Notes under the pieces: model-generated
Seen by the model: the letters and a program-made list of their open reading frames with translations, nothing else
What the model was told of the DNA's origin: nothing
Database searches by the model: none
Assembly: GCA_040954595.2 (NCBI GenBank)
Contig: CM082592.2
Span: 8,295,677-8,359,676, forward strand
Direction: 5' to 3'
Source: Balanoglossus misakiensis
Lineage: Eukaryota > Animalia > Hemichordata
DNA length: 64,000 bases
Position numbers and translations under genes: made by a program
Shown: one piece after another, positions 63,829 through 64,000 of the stretch
Numbering within the stretch: the first letter of the stretch is position 1
How the letters are laid out: every line of letters begins with the position of its first letter

Positions 63829-64000
63829 CTAAGTAAATGAAGAAAATCGATTGTTAGTTTGTGTGAGGGCGCCAAATCTATATTCTGCTAACTTTAGCGA
63901 CGTTCAGGCATGGCCAGGATTGGCATATAAAAACAATGAGTGGGACTAAAGTGACTGTGTTCATAAGAGTCGACCATACGTGCAAAACTGCGCTCGCTAC

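Noticed and set aside
1-64000. CRISPR arrays, prokaryotic operons, autonomous transposons or viral genes
   Set aside because: The DNA is spliceosomal-intron-rich and eukaryotic; no repeat-spacer arrays and no transposase, reverse transcriptase or integrase motifs were seen.

Overview
Intron-rich animal genomic DNA, probably from a marine invertebrate deuterostome (hemichordate- or echinoderm-like; inferred from gene content and composition, not proven). Gene models were built by hand from splice sites and reading-frame phase. From left to right: the 5' part of MED13 (minus strand, with an 11.7-kb intron 2); a 5-exon, possibly myristoylated, two-EF-hand protein gene with a tRNA-Glu(TTC) in intron 1 and an identical tRNA just upstream; a Golgi type-II sulfotransferase-like gene; a C22orf15/CXorf65-like gene; three tandem 17-exon SLC8B1/NCLX-family cation/Ca2+ exchanger genes, interrupted by a divergent nicotinic acetylcholine receptor alpha-like gene on the opposite strand; and two tandem GPI-type membrane matrix metalloproteinase genes, the second running off the window. 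The main signals are: (1) each NCLX paralogue keeps two minor-spliceosome (U12) introns, one AT-AC and one GT-AG; (2) all three NCLX proteins show secretory or endolysosomal rather than mitochondrial features (signal sequences, N-glycosylation sequons, acidic dileucine motifs; CLEAR/M-box promoter elements in two), and two have altered ion-site motifs; (3) the nAChR-like subunit has lost two acetylcholine-box tyrosines and has glutamates within M2; (4) a perfect 40-bp-arm hairpin element is flanked by a 9-bp target-site duplication; (5) a hairpin plus overlapping uORF covers the MED13 start codon.
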